DNA of 64,000 nucleotides from Dehalococcoidia bacterium (GTDB taxonomy: Bacteria; Chloroflexota; Dehalococcoidia; Plut-88900), in NCBI GenBank assembly GCA_965197585.1, contig OZ240215.1, positions 384,001 through 448,000 of the forward strand. The letters are read 5' to 3'. The first letter of the stretch is position 1; each line of letters opens with the position of its first letter. The notes below the pieces were generated by a model. The model made no database searches. It worked only from the letters and a program-made list of their open reading frames with translations, and had not been told where the DNA came from. Positions 29,659 through 40,245 of the stretch are shown piece by piece. Made by a program: the position numbers and the translations under genes.

Positions 29659-31146
29659 TCAGCCATCCATATAGCTGGTGGCCATGGTCAAGGACTCCAC
29701 TTCTTCGGCATCTTCCACTTTCATCAGCAGAGCCGGCAGAATGGCAACCAAGGCCAGGAACCCCGCGATCATAAAAAGGTTCTGGAAGACGGTCACCCCT
29801 GCTTCTATCAAGGGGCCCTCGGTCTCCTCGAATGTCTCTCCAATCGTCACGTGGGAGGTTAGGCTGTAGAAGCGTTCTATACCCCAGGCGGACAACGCTG
29901 ATAGTCCCATTGCCATACCCACCATTCGTGACGCGGTTACCAATGAGGCGGCGGCCCCCCAATAGTGACTAGGCGCCGCGCTCAAAGCGCTGGTGTTTAT
30001 GGCAGGGATTACCAATCCAAATCCTAGACCCGTCATGGCCAAGGGCACAGATAGCCTGAGTTCCTCCACCTCCGTCTCCCAACCGCTCATGAACAGCAGG
30101 CCCGTTCCTATAAACGCCAGGCCGGTGATGCACACCGCCCTGACTCCAGTCCAGCGCAGAATGTAACCTCCTACCACCGCTCCTATCGGAATGGCTGCCG
30201 TAAGACGGACTAAGTGGAGGGCGCTCTCCCATGCCGACTTCTCCATGACGGTGGCGGCCATAAGAGGGACGGCTACCAAAGCAATGATCAAGGCGACCCC
30301 CACCAGGAACTGCGAAATGTTGGAGGACAAGAACGCTCTCGAGCGGTAAAGGAAAGATGCGAGCAGGGGCTGGACCGCACGTCTCTCCACCAGGATCAAT
30401 ACCAAGACCAGTATGATTCCAAGCCCTATCATAAGGTAGGGGATAATGGACTCTACTGAAAAGATGCTTCTCTGAGACAGCGCAATAGTTAGAACGGTGA
30501 GGGCTCCTCCCAACGCCAGCGCCCCAAAGTAGTCCATTTTAGCCGCAGGATTGGCGCGATTCGGCAAGATGGCCAAAAGCGCTATTAGAATGAAGCTCTG
30601 GGGTATGTCCAGCCAAAATATCCACCGCCAACCGACCCATTCGATTATGGCGCCTCCGTAGAGGGGGCCCAAGACAGACCCGGCTTCTGCTGAGGCGGCC
30701 ACGAGTCCCAGGGCAATTCCCCTTTGCTTCGGTGCTACAGCTCCCACCGCCATAGCCAGCCCTATGGGGACCGTGGCCCCTCCCCCGACGGCTTGAAGCA
30801 CCCTGGCCGACACTACCCAAGGGAAGTTCGGAGCTACCGCAACAAACGCCGATCCGATGGAGAACAGAAGAAGCGCCGCCTGAAACATCCTGACGCGGCC
30901 GTGGACATCGGACAAACGCCCCGCCAACGGCATGGCCACTGTGTAGCTGACCAGATACCCGGTTACTATCCAGGATGCTCTGTCTAAGTCCGTAAGGGGG
31001 ATTTCTAAATCCACCATTACGCTTGGCAGCGCGGCAACTACCACTGTCTGGTCCAGGGCAGTCGAGAATACCCCTAGGCAAAGAATTCCTAGAACAACCG
31101 ACTGGGAAGAACCCAGGGACGTGAGGCGAGACCTAACAGCGTTCAC
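29659..31146 (-). CDS. 14-TMS DHA2 MFS transporter, P55/Rv1410c-like
   Basis: ALDQTVVVAALP, WIVTGYLVSY, GRLSDVHGR, GSVLGPLYGG, WRWIFWL. Confidence 0.85.
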   Translation of the reverse strand: MNAVRSRLTSLGSSQSVVLGILCLGVFSTALDQTVVVAALPSVMVDLEIPLTDLDRASWIVTGYLVSYTVAMPLAGRLSDVHGRVRMFQAALLLFSIGSAFVAVAPNFPWVVSARVLQAVGGGATVPIGLAMAVGAVAPKQRGIALGLVAASAEAGSVLGPLYGGAIIEWVGWRWIFWLDIPQSFILIALLAILPNRANPAAKMDYFGALALGGALTVLTIALSQRSIFSVESIIPYLMIGLGIILVLVLILVERRAVQPLLASFLYRSRAFLSSNISQFLVGVALIIALVAVPLMAATVMEKSAWESALHLVRLTAAIPIGAVVGGYILRWTGVRAVCITGLAFIGTGLLFMSGWETEVEELRLSVPLAMTGLGFGLVIPAINTSALSAAPSHYWGAAASLVTASRMVGMAMGLSALSAWGIERFYSLTSHVTIGETFEETEGPLIEAGVTVFQNLFMIAGFLALVAILPALLMKVEDAEEVESLTMATSYMDG

Positions 31147-31925
31147 TGTCCTGAGGCGATATCTGGGAGTTTGATGTCGACTGGGGCATTGACATTCATG
31201 ATTCCCACTAGGCGGCTGGTTTCCGGAGCGTCGTCATTGAAAAGCTTGCCGATCATTCTGAACTGCCGCAATGTATATCCAGCTTCGTCAAACCAAAAGG
31301 TCAGCTGGATTGGATGGCCTGAGTCTACGGACGTGATGAGCTTCGACATCTCCTCAGACATAACATTTCCATCCAAGCGGACGGCTTGGATACCGTCTAC
31401 AGACTCCCGGCCCGTAAAAGATACATCCTTGAGGATGGGCAGCAATTCGCTCAAAGTAACGCCCATCCCTCCGAAATTAAAGGGTACCTGCTCTAGAGGC
31501 AGTGGGGCCCACGGCGCGTCTCTGGAGAACTTCATGTATGCCTGTTCCCCGACCGCCATCATTTCGATTGCCACAAATCCAAAATTTGGAGTCTCCACGT
31601 TCACCAGCATCCTGAAACCGTCGGGAGATTTAATTTCTCCTTCCACGCTCTTTAAAGTCATCCCAAAGAATTGGGATCCCGACTCCAATTCGTCGATCAT
31701 TTGAAACTTTGCCGTGGACATTTCGGCCAACCCTTGGCCCGCGCTCGAAAGGACACTATCCAGCGTCAGCTCAGGGGTTGGTGTGGGAGTCGGCGCAACA
31801 GTGGGTTCGGAGGTCGGCGCAGCCGTGGGTGCCGGTTCTGCTCCACATGCCGCTGCCAGCAACATCAACCCCATCACCAACACTGTGATTGACAACCTGC
31901 GCCGTAGTATCTTGGTCAGGTCCAT
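31143..31925 (-). CDS. LppX/LprAFG (LprG-like) lipoprotein
   Basis: Lipobox AAAC, Pro/Thr linker, LKSVEGEIKSPD, GRESVDG, NAPVDIKLP; 4-nt overlap with the MFS gene. Confidence 0.7.
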   Translation of the reverse strand: MDLTKILRRRLSITVLVMGLMLLAAACGAEPAPTAAPTSEPTVAPTPTPTPELTLDSVLSSAGQGLAEMSTAKFQMIDELESGSQFFGMTLKSVEGEIKSPDGFRMLVNVETPNFGFVAIEMMAVGEQAYMKFSRDAPWAPLPLEQVPFNFGGMGVTLSELLPILKDVSFTGRESVDGIQAVRLDGNVMSEEMSKLITSVDSGHPIQLTFWFDEAGYTLRQFRMIGKLFNDDAPETSRLVGIMNVNAPVDIKLPDIASGQ

Positions 31926-32264
31926 CTGCTAATCTCCACGACCATGCGACCAGAGGAACAGTCGCAATCTCACGCGGGCAGGTCCTTATGACACTCTAAT
32001 CGCCCGCACGAGGTTTCCGTGGCCCGAAGACCCAGTCCAAAATGCTCCCAGCTTAATTGGGGTGACCTCAAAGTAAGCCGAGTCCGCCATTTTTTGACCT
32101 AGCGATTGCCAGCCGAACATCTCTCGACCAGTGGTGGGGCCATCTGGTCGTTGATTATATCATCATAAATCTATGATGCTTTTAGTTTGAGCTAGCAGCG
32201 ACACCCTATTGTTAAGCATATACATCAGCTGATCCCGTTCACATAGAGGGGTGGCATCACCCTC

Positions 32265-32294
32265 TTGACATTATAAGTACTTATGTTCTATATT
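32265..32294 (+). promoter_or_regulatory. Sigma70-type promoter overlapping a LexA-like box (copy B)
   Basis: TTGACA-18 nt-TATATT, with GTAC-TTAT-GTTC at 32277-32288. Confidence 0.7.
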
Positions 32295-32328
32295 GGAGCC
32301 AGGTCTAGACCACTACCCTCAACCACCT

Positions 32329-32683
32329 TAAGGAGGAACCAAAAACTAGGGAAGCCCACCCGACCCACCCGAGGACTCAACGCCTCAGCCCATCCCAACG
32401 GCCCTCGCGCAGGCCCGCGGCACAAGCGAAAGTCGCCATCTCCTCATCCCCACCGGGTCCCGTGCCCCCTTCCCTGACCACTAGGCGATGGAAGACGCCC
32501 TGGACCGTACTTAAAAGTCTCCTTACGGAGCATCCCGTCCCATGGAGCGGAACGGGGCGGCCCGTAGCCGAGGTCCGCTCGGCTCTCCGTCCGCTTCCTC
32601 AAATAAACTGGGCTGCCGCCGTCTCCCGGCTCCGGGACATCGTCGGCGAACCGGATATCCCGTACTCCTGCGAGGGGAACTGA
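32329..32683 (+). other. Copy B of the dispersed element: RBS followed by a start-less frame of about 113 codons
   Basis: AAGGAGG, then open frame KTREAHPTHPRTQRLSPSQR..AQAKVAISSS..TTRRWKTPW..CEGN* with no start codon near the RBS. Confidence 0.55.
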
Positions 32684-33635
32684 CCCTGGACTTTCCCCTT
32701 CCTGCATCCGCCTCTCGCGGACAGCGCAGCCAACCCTGCATCGGAGCCTATGACGGATGACGGACCCGTACGTCCGACCATACTTCCAGGTCTAGGCGGC
32801 GGCGGAGACCCGTCCCACGCTCCCGGGACGCCTCCATGCCCGCATTATCTAAATGTAGGGAGCCTAATCCAGCAAGCGTCTTTCATCGCCTTCCCAAAAC
32901 CTAACAGACAGAACTGAAACCCCACAATCGAAGATCCGCCTCTGGAGGACTGAAGAAAAGGCCAGTGTGTCACTAATCTATCGACCGAATACATCAGCTT
33001 GCGGCACGGTCTTTTGACGATGTAGACCGAACTCCGGCTTTAGCAAGCTCCAGGATTCCGGGGTCAGTTTTGCTTGCCGACCATTTATACTGGTGCATGT
33101 TTTGGTGACTTTGGAATGGGATCCGGAGTATAGTATGTCTAGGGAACACGCGATGGCCACAGACGCCATGACCATGAGTGTCGCGCTGGCTGCTCCCACG
33201 GCAAGCAACTCTAAATCATCCTACTTCTCCCCAGACGTTTTTAGTCATCGCGCTAGCGCCCACCACATCCCCGTCCTCCTTTCTCGACACTTTCATCTTG
33301 GGTTATCTACAATGTGTATAAAGGCAGTCTAGCTTCAAGGATTGAGGTTGGACGCTTGGCTGGGCGCTAGTCAACGGCCATATAGGGGACTCAAAGGATA
33401 AAAGGCTGAATATAACTGACAAAAAGATCAATCCCGCGCTGAGCCTACCGTCCGTAGTAGGCTTTTCTAGTCTGAGAACGCTCTTGTTACCTTATGATGC
33501 GTACGTTGGCCCAACTTCAAGAACGATTGGAGGATGGAAAGCGGCGATGACGTTGAGCGACGCTCTAGCAACGAATCAAACCGACAGAGCTTCTCGCTCC
33601 GCCGCCCGGGGCTGCCTCAGATTGAAGGGTGCGCC

Positions 33636-36113
33636 ATGAGCAAGATACTCGATAAGTTGAGCTGGCTGATCACGGCCCGCCCATACATCACGCTTCTAGT
33701 TATCCTGATCATCACCGTTCTGCTAGCCGCGGGAGCGACGCGGCGCGCACCGCCACCGGAGCCCACGGCGACGCTTCCTGATGGGAGCGCCATCACCGAA
33801 GCGATGGCCGAAATAGATAACCTCTTCGGAGACTCCGGGGAGACCAGTGTTGTAACGCTGCTCTTCCGGGGGCAGCCGTTCACGCCCAACGGGCTTTCGC
33901 AGATGGCAGCTCTTATCAATGACATCGCCAGCGACCCGAGCGTGGAAGTGTTGCTGACGCGAACAGATCCGATCGTCGCGCCGTCGTCACTGATCAGCGT
34001 ACTGCTTCAGGTAGACACCTTCGAGTCGGTCACGCAGGCGAAAATCGACTCAGCTCCCAGCCCCTCGGAGATCAAGGAAGCGCTCGCCGCGTTGACTGGG
34101 ACTGACGAGGACGGCACTCGGGTCGCGATCGCAACCATTCGCCTGCGCGATACGGGCGACGAACGTATTGAAGACGCCGAACGTAGAATCAGCGGGCTCG
34201 CGGCCGTGAGCGAAGGCCCGCTGCGCGTGAGCAGCATCTCACCCGTGGTGATTGAGGATGAGTACAAGAAGGCAACGGAGGAGGGAATGCTGCCGCTGAT
34301 AGGGCTGGCACTCCTTCTCATCCTGGCGCTGATCCTGCTCTTCATGCGCACCCTTTCAGACCTTCTTCTCACGCTGGCGGGGCTGCTTATTTCGCTGATC
34401 TGGATTATCGGGGCGGAGGGCTGGCTGGGGCCGAACGCACTGGGTCTTACCGGACCTCCCAACTCCCTCACGACGTTGGTCCCGATCATCGTGATCAGCC
34501 TCACCGTAGACTATGCCATCCAGATCGTCTCTCACTACCGCGAACAACGGACTGCGGGCTTGCCGGTGTTGGTGGCCGTTCGCGCGGGAATGCGAAACGT
34601 TACCGTACCGATAACGCTGGCAGCCGTCACTACGATCGCGAGCTTTTTGGCAAGCCTGTTCTCCCCGGTCGGAATAATTGGGGACTTCGGCATCATCGCG
34701 GGGCTGGGTGTGGGGATGAGCCTGATCTTGATGCTGACGCTGGTCCCGGCAGGCCGGACTATCATCGACCGGCGGCTCGAGTCCCGCGGTAAGTTGTCGC
34801 CGCCCCGCCCAATATCGCAGGCGTTGCCCGGTGTCGGGCGGGTGGCAGAGCTGCTGGGAAGGAGCGTCACGCGTAGGCCTGTCCCCTACTTCCTCGTGGT
34901 CATAGCGGTGACGATAGGTCTCGGAATTGCGGCCACGGGGCTCAAGTCGGAATTCAGCATCCGCGACATTCTGCCGAGAGGTGGGGACTTGCTGCAGGAT
35001 ATGAACACCCTCGATGAGGCTGTAGGTGGAACAACGGAAATAGCCAGCGTAATCGTTAAGGCAGAGATCACGGAGACCCGTACGCTTGTAAACCTGCAAG
35101 ATCTGACGGCCGCCTTCCAGGATGTGCAGCGCCGACCGAGCGCAGCAGCGGGACCGATTCAGACATCGTACGATTTGCTCGTACAGAATTGGACCAATGA
35201 TAGTGGGGAACCCGGCGACAAGTATGATCAAGAGCTCGAGGCACTCTTCCAGGAAGCCTCTGCGGGTGTGAGACTCGATCCAGGGCTGATCCAGGAGTTT
35301 ATCGACAAACTCGAAGCGAAGGACCCTACGGCAGCGCACCTTCTGTTCAACGATTCCGAGGGCATCGACGCAATGCTGCTCCAGTTCCCAACCTATTCGG
35401 ACGATCCCTCTCGAACCAAGGTGCTCCAGGAAGAAATAGAGGCACTCTGGTTCGGTGACGACGACGCCATCACAGCGACTTCGGTGGCAATCATCTCGAT
35501 CACGATTACCGATGCGATCACAGAAGGGCAGACAGAGGCAATCGGGTCCACCGTACTGGTGGCGCTAGCCGTTCTCGGCATCTTCTTCTGGGTCACGGTA
35601 CGGCAGCCTGCACTGGCGATAATCGCGGTAGGGCCGATAGTGCTCGTCGTCATTTGGGTGCTGGGTACGATGGCGCTGCTGGGCATTCCCTACACGCTAA
35701 TTACCTCGATCATCACAGCGCTCTCAATTGGGATCGGCGTGGACTACACAATCCATATCATTTATCGCTACCGTGAGGAGTACTCCCACGAGCGCGACCC
35801 GGAGAAAGCGGCGATTCGGACGCTTTCTACCATCGGATCGGCGCTATTGGGCTCTGCGATGACCACGGCGCTCGGGCTGGGAGTCCTGGTGGCCTCGCCT
35901 CTGGCTGCGTCCCAGCAGTTCGGCATCACGGCGGCGCTAACTATCGCCTATTCGCTGATAGTGTCCATCCTGGTGGTGCCACCGGCGATGACAGTGTGGG
36001 GCGCTTACCAGAATATGAGGCTGCGCTCGAATATGCAGCGCTGGGCGGATGAGCTCGACGTAACGATCGATGCCGTGCACCGACGCCACGGGGAGGAGCA
36101 GGACTCGCCGTAG
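33636..36113 (+). CDS. MMPL/RND-family lipid transporter
   Basis: Two repeats with SLTVDYAIQIVSHYRE and GIGVDYTIHIIYRYREE; about 12 TM segments and two soluble loops. Confidence 0.85.
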   Translation: MSKILDKLSWLITARPYITLLVILIITVLLAAGATRRAPPPEPTATLPDGSAITEAMAEIDNLFGDSGETSVVTLLFRGQPFTPNGLSQMAALINDIASDPSVEVLLTRTDPIVAPSSLISVLLQVDTFESVTQAKIDSAPSPSEIKEALAALTGTDEDGTRVAIATIRLRDTGDERIEDAERRISGLAAVSEGPLRVSSISPVVIEDEYKKATEEGMLPLIGLALLLILALILLFMRTLSDLLLTLAGLLISLIWIIGAEGWLGPNALGLTGPPNSLTTLVPIIVISLTVDYAIQIVSHYREQRTAGLPVLVAVRAGMRNVTVPITLAAVTTIASFLASLFSPVGIIGDFGIIAGLGVGMSLILMLTLVPAGRTIIDRRLESRGKLSPPRPISQALPGVGRVAELLGRSVTRRPVPYFLVVIAVTIGLGIAATGLKSEFSIRDILPRGGDLLQDMNTLDEAVGGTTEIASVIVKAEITETRTLVNLQDLTAAFQDVQRRPSAAAGPIQTSYDLLVQNWTNDSGEPGDKYDQELEALFQEASAGVRLDPGLIQEFIDKLEAKDPTAAHLLFNDSEGIDAMLLQFPTYSDDPSRTKVLQEEIEALWFGDDDAITATSVAIISITITDAITEGQTEAIGSTVLVALAVLGIFFWVTVRQPALAIIAVGPIVLVVIWVLGTMALLGIPYTLITSIITALSIGIGVDYTIHIIYRYREEYSHERDPEKAAIRTLSTIGSALLGSAMTTALGLGVLVASPLAASQQFGITAALTIAYSLIVSILVVPPAMTVWGAYQNMRLRSNMQRWADELDVTIDAVHRRHGEEQDSP

Positions 36114-36285
36114 GCGGCAAGTGGAGGAGAGGGTTGCAGGCCGGCTACCTTCACGTGTGGCCAGCCCTTGGTGCCGGAATGGACGTCCTCAAGCTCTCCA
36201 AGGTGTCTGGTTGTCATAAAACGCTGGTGAGTGGCTCACTGCCGCCGTGGATGTGGTGGAGAGGGGGTTGAGGGGCTAGGGCGCG

Positions 36286-37570
36286 TCAGGCGGGTAACTC
36301 TCGCCTCTGCTCGGCAATGAGGAACTTCAGCTTCTTGCTCGGCTTCATCGAAGGCAGCGGGTTGAACCGTAGCTTGAAGTTTTCCGGGGACACCTTGAGG
36401 GTGAAGTAATGTGCGACCATAAGCACATTGACGGCAAGCTGAAGTTCCATCCACCGGAAGCCCAGACAAGTGTGCGTACCCAGCCCGTACGGAGCGTACC
36501 CGGGACTGCGGTGCTCATTGCGCGGAGGCAGATAGCGGTCGATATCGAATTTGAAGGGGTCGGGAAATACGTCGCTCATGTAATGAGCGGCCGTCTGGGC
36601 AATGACGACCTTTGATCCCACCGGCAACTCGTAGTCCTCGACCACACACGAATTCATCACGTGCCGCATGGACATCGTGACGATGGGGTACATGCGGAGG
36701 CATTCCATCAGGAATCGGTGAGTGACGTCGATTGAATAGGGGTGAAGTCCTCGCCATCCGGGTCGCCGTTGCCGAACAGGGCGTCGGCTTCAGCTTGGAT
36801 CTTCGCGTATATCTCCGGCTGCGACGCCTGGCGTACAAGGCGAAGCTAAAGGCATCGCCAAGGTATGCACTGGCCACCAGCACTGCAGTGAAGGCGAATC
36901 GCAGGTTCGATTCGGGTACAAATTGCGGATTGCTCGCGTGCAGGCTTAGGTAGTCGTCCACCAGGTTTCGGTGTGCTCCGGCTCGCTGGGCGGGGGTATG
37001 TACACTCTGGATTCTTTCAAGCAACGTTGCGATGTTTTTCGCGCGGCGCCTCATGCCGGGGGTTTTCAGCATGAACTTGGGCAGTACCTTCATGATGTGA
37101 ACGCTCAGTGTCCGTTCCTTGAACTTCAGCAGGTCGTCGATGATGTCCTGGGTCTCAACGCCGACCATGAGGGGTGAGATTTGAGCGTTTATCATTCGCC
37201 TGCTCATGCCCGTCGCAGGGTAGGAGTCCCCAACCTTCCAATGCGCCATATGCTTCCGCGCACGATCATAGAGTTCGTCCAATTGCTCCGCTAGTCTCTT
37301 GCGGGAATAGGCCGCCGACAAGGACTTGCGGAGCCGGAAATGATCGGCGCCATCCAGGGCAGGCAACACTCCAGTTGCACCATAAACTTTCTCGAAGTCG
37401 GCAAAATAGTCCCTGGCTCTCAGGTACATGCGCCCGCGCCGATGGACCCAGTGATTTGTCTACGGGCCGCCCAGGAATATCATCGGCTTGGCAAAGGGAG
37501 GGCTGATCTGCAACACCGGGCCATACTCTTGTGCAAGGTCCGCGAAGAGCGCCGGAATGTTGCCTTTGCG
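36286..37570 (-). pseudogene. Cytochrome P450 (5' truncated, TAG and frameshifts)
   Basis: ECLRMYP (ExxR), FPDPFKFDIDR, PYGLGTHTCLG heme motif; split over several frames. Confidence 0.85.
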
Positions 37571-37609
37571 GAGGTGTGGATTAAACAGCAACTTGCGCAG
37601 GGAGACAGT

Positions 37610-38616
37610 CGGAAGGCTGGTACTTCGTAGCCAGCCGTAAGGCTGTACTGAAGGCCAAGCTCATCCAAAAGACTTGGATGGGGGAGAACATCGTCGTCTG
37701 GTGTGACGACAACGGGCGAGTCTGTGTCGCCAAGGCCGTTTGCCCTCACCTGGGCTCCGATCTGGGGCCTACCGCAGGGGGACGCATATGTGGTGGACGG
37801 CTTGTCTGCCCCTTCCACGGCTTTGAGTTCGATGCAACCGGCCAGTGCGTAGCCACTCCCTTTGCCCCTCCACCAAGGTCCGCCAGGTTGCGAGTCTTCG
37901 AAACACAGGGAATTAGCGACCTGATATTCGCCTAGTGGGGAATCCGGGGACGAGTGCCGCAATGGAGCCTGCCCGCCGCGCCGCCCGATCAGGGTTGGAG
38001 CGACCACGAAATCAAGGCCATTCGCTTTCCAGGCCATCCTCAAGAAACAACGGAGAACTCAGTGGATTTGGGCCACCTGCGTTACATCCACGGCTACGAC
38101 AGTGTGAACCGCAGCAAGCCAATAGCTGCGGACGGGCCGTGTCTCGAAAGCCGCTTCGACTTCAGGTCAACCCGGAAGATCGCCAGAACCGCGACCCTCA
38201 CCTTTGACTTCTCGACCAATACCCGTGTCTTTTGACTGGGCTACTCGTTCGTGGATATCCGCGAGTGCTCTATCGGCATGGATATGCGTCTGTGGGTACT
38301 GGCTACGCCTGTAGACGGCATCCTAATAGATTTGTCGCTGGTCTCGCAGGTGCGGGAGATACGCAACCCGAGACGATGGATTGCAGGCCTGAGGTTTCTC
38401 CCACTGAGGCTGCGTGCGCCTATCATGAATAAGTTCATGGCATCTCAGCAACATAAGGATGTAATGCAGGATGTGGTCATTTGGAGCCGTAAACGGTATC
38501 AACCCAACCCGCTCCTCTGCAGTTCAGATGGCGAAATCATGACCTATCGCGCCTATTGTGCCCAATTCTATCCCGGTTGCAGATCGTCAGCGAAAATGGG
38601 AGACCAGAGGGGGTAG
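37610..38616 (+). pseudogene. Rieske oxygenase (KshA or sterol-desaturase-like) with internal stops
   Basis: EGWYFVA, CPHLGSDL, CPFHGFEF, ENSVDLGHLRYIH, DVVIWSRKRY; TAG at 37933, TGA at 38233. Confidence 0.85.
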
Positions 38617-38652
38617 AAAAACCCGAGAGATTTGAGGCAAGGTGTGGATGCC

Positions 38653-40041
38653 CTACGCGTAGCTCTTTTGAGGCTGCGCTTGCTGACGGGTGAAACTCCA
38701 GGGCATGCGTTTGAAATGGCGGCCCAGGCCCCGCTCAATCTCCCGCCACTTCCGCTCTTCATCCGAAGTGATTAGCGTCACCGCCTCGCCGGAGCGGCCC
38801 ATTCGGCCGGTTCGGCCGACCCGGTGTGTGAAGAGCAGCTTTGTGTCCGGCAGATCATAGTTGATGACCTGTTCGATGCCTTCGACGTCAAGACCTCTGG
38901 CCGCTACATTCGTTGCAACCAGGATTGGGCTGACGCCGGAGCGGAAGTCCTTCATCACGCGCTCACGGGCGTTTTGGCTGAGGTTACCTTGCAGCGCTCC
39001 CACCGGATAACCCAAGCCGTTGAGTTGTTTGGCCAGCTTCTTGACGCCGTGCTTGGTCTTTCCGAAGACAATGACCAGAGAGCCGCGCCGTTCATTCAGC
39101 AGGTCTTGGAGTACCTCTATCTTGTCGCTCTTGCGTATGGTGTAAACGAGATGGTCCACCGTAGGCAGGGATTGCAAGTCTGAGTCTACCTCGACTGTTA
39201 CGGGGGCTTTCAGGTGCTTGGCAGCGGTCTTGGCAACCCACTCGGGCATCGTGGCAGACATGAGCGCGGTCTGGCGTTCCGAGGGCGTCTTTGCAAGGAT
39301 TGCCTCGACATCGCGGGCGAAGCCTCTGTCCAACATCTCGTCGGCCTCATCCAGCACCATGAACCGCACAGACCGCAGGTCGAGGGTGCCTTGGCGTACA
39401 TGGTCGAGGGTCCGGCCCGGCGTGCCAATGATGATGTGGGCGCCGTTCTTCAACGCTGTGTACTCCGGCCTTAGAGACCTGCCGCCGTACAGTAACGTGA
39501 CGCGGAGGCGCTGCGTCGATGCCAGGGCTGCTGTGACTTGGGCCACCTGAATGGCCAGCTCCCGCGTGGGGACCAGCACAAGCGCCTGAATCTTGCGGAC
39601 TGATGGGTTGCACTGCTCCACCATAGGAACTGCGAACGCAAGAGTCTTGCCGGACCCGGTGCGTGCCTGGCCTATCAGGTCGCGTCCCTCAAGCAGGTGC
39701 GGGATCGACTTCTCCTGTATGGGCGTGGGTTCGGATATGTCCATCCGTGCAATCGCCCGCCTGGTAGCGGCCTTCAGGGCCATTCCGGGAAATACGGCAT
39801 CCACGGCGGTAGCGATATCATCGCAGGATTCATACTCCGTCACTGGTTCGTTCACGCGCGTCTTGGCCGCGGCCCGTGGGGAGCGACGACGGAATTGGAG
39901 GCAAGGGTTGCAGTACACCGGCCTGTCGGGCCGAGGCTGGAAGGGGACGGATGTGGATGCGTTACAGTCGGTGCAAACTGCCTGGTAGCGTATCGTATGG
40001 TCGGGTTTGCGGGCGCGGGTGGTCATGGATGTGGATGGCAT
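38653..40041 (-). CDS. DEAD-box RNA helicase with an N-terminal CxxC-x17-CxxC zinc ribbon
   Basis: CTDC..VPFQPRPDRPVYCNPC; PTPIQ, TGSGKT, PTRELA, DEAD, SAT, HRVGRTGR. Confidence 0.92.
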   Translation of the reverse strand: MPSTSMTTRARKPDHTIRYQAVCTDCNASTSVPFQPRPDRPVYCNPCLQFRRRSPRAAAKTRVNEPVTEYESCDDIATAVDAVFPGMALKAATRRAIARMDISEPTPIQEKSIPHLLEGRDLIGQARTGSGKTLAFAVPMVEQCNPSVRKIQALVLVPTRELAIQVAQVTAALASTQRLRVTLLYGGRSLRPEYTALKNGAHIIIGTPGRTLDHVRQGTLDLRSVRFMVLDEADEMLDRGFARDVEAILAKTPSERQTALMSATMPEWVAKTAAKHLKAPVTVEVDSDLQSLPTVDHLVYTIRKSDKIEVLQDLLNERRGSLVIVFGKTKHGVKKLAKQLNGLGYPVGALQGNLSQNARERVMKDFRSGVSPILVATNVAARGLDVEGIEQVINYDLPDTKLLFTHRVGRTGRMGRSGEAVTLITSDEERKWREIERGLGRHFKRMPWSFTRQQAQPQKSYA

Positions 40042-40245
40042 GCGGGAATAAAGTACCTCTTCTTGGTGGGTTGAAATAATGAGCCGACGCTGGTTGGGGA
40101 AAACTATACAATGGGGCAGATGATAGCCCACTTCCGAATAAGACGGGGTGCGCCGGTCAAATGCGTTGCCATATTGTAACAGAAATTCAGTGTCCGGTTC
40201 CTGGGCGGCTTGCGCCGCCACAAATCGCCGGCATTTCGGGGCCAC

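Noticed and set aside
36130-36240. ALGAGMDVLKLSKV as a tyrosine recombinase C-terminal remnant
   Set aside because: Too short and degenerate to support without a search
38233-38235. In-frame TGA in the Rieske gene as selenocysteine
   Set aside because: The same gene has a TAG and no 5' end, and the context (F-*-LGYS) fits GGA>TGA; this is decay
13404-38235. Genome-wide stop-codon reassignment to explain the internal stops
   Set aside because: TGA, TAG and TAA all terminate conserved core genes here (rarA, glmU, typA) at the expected positions
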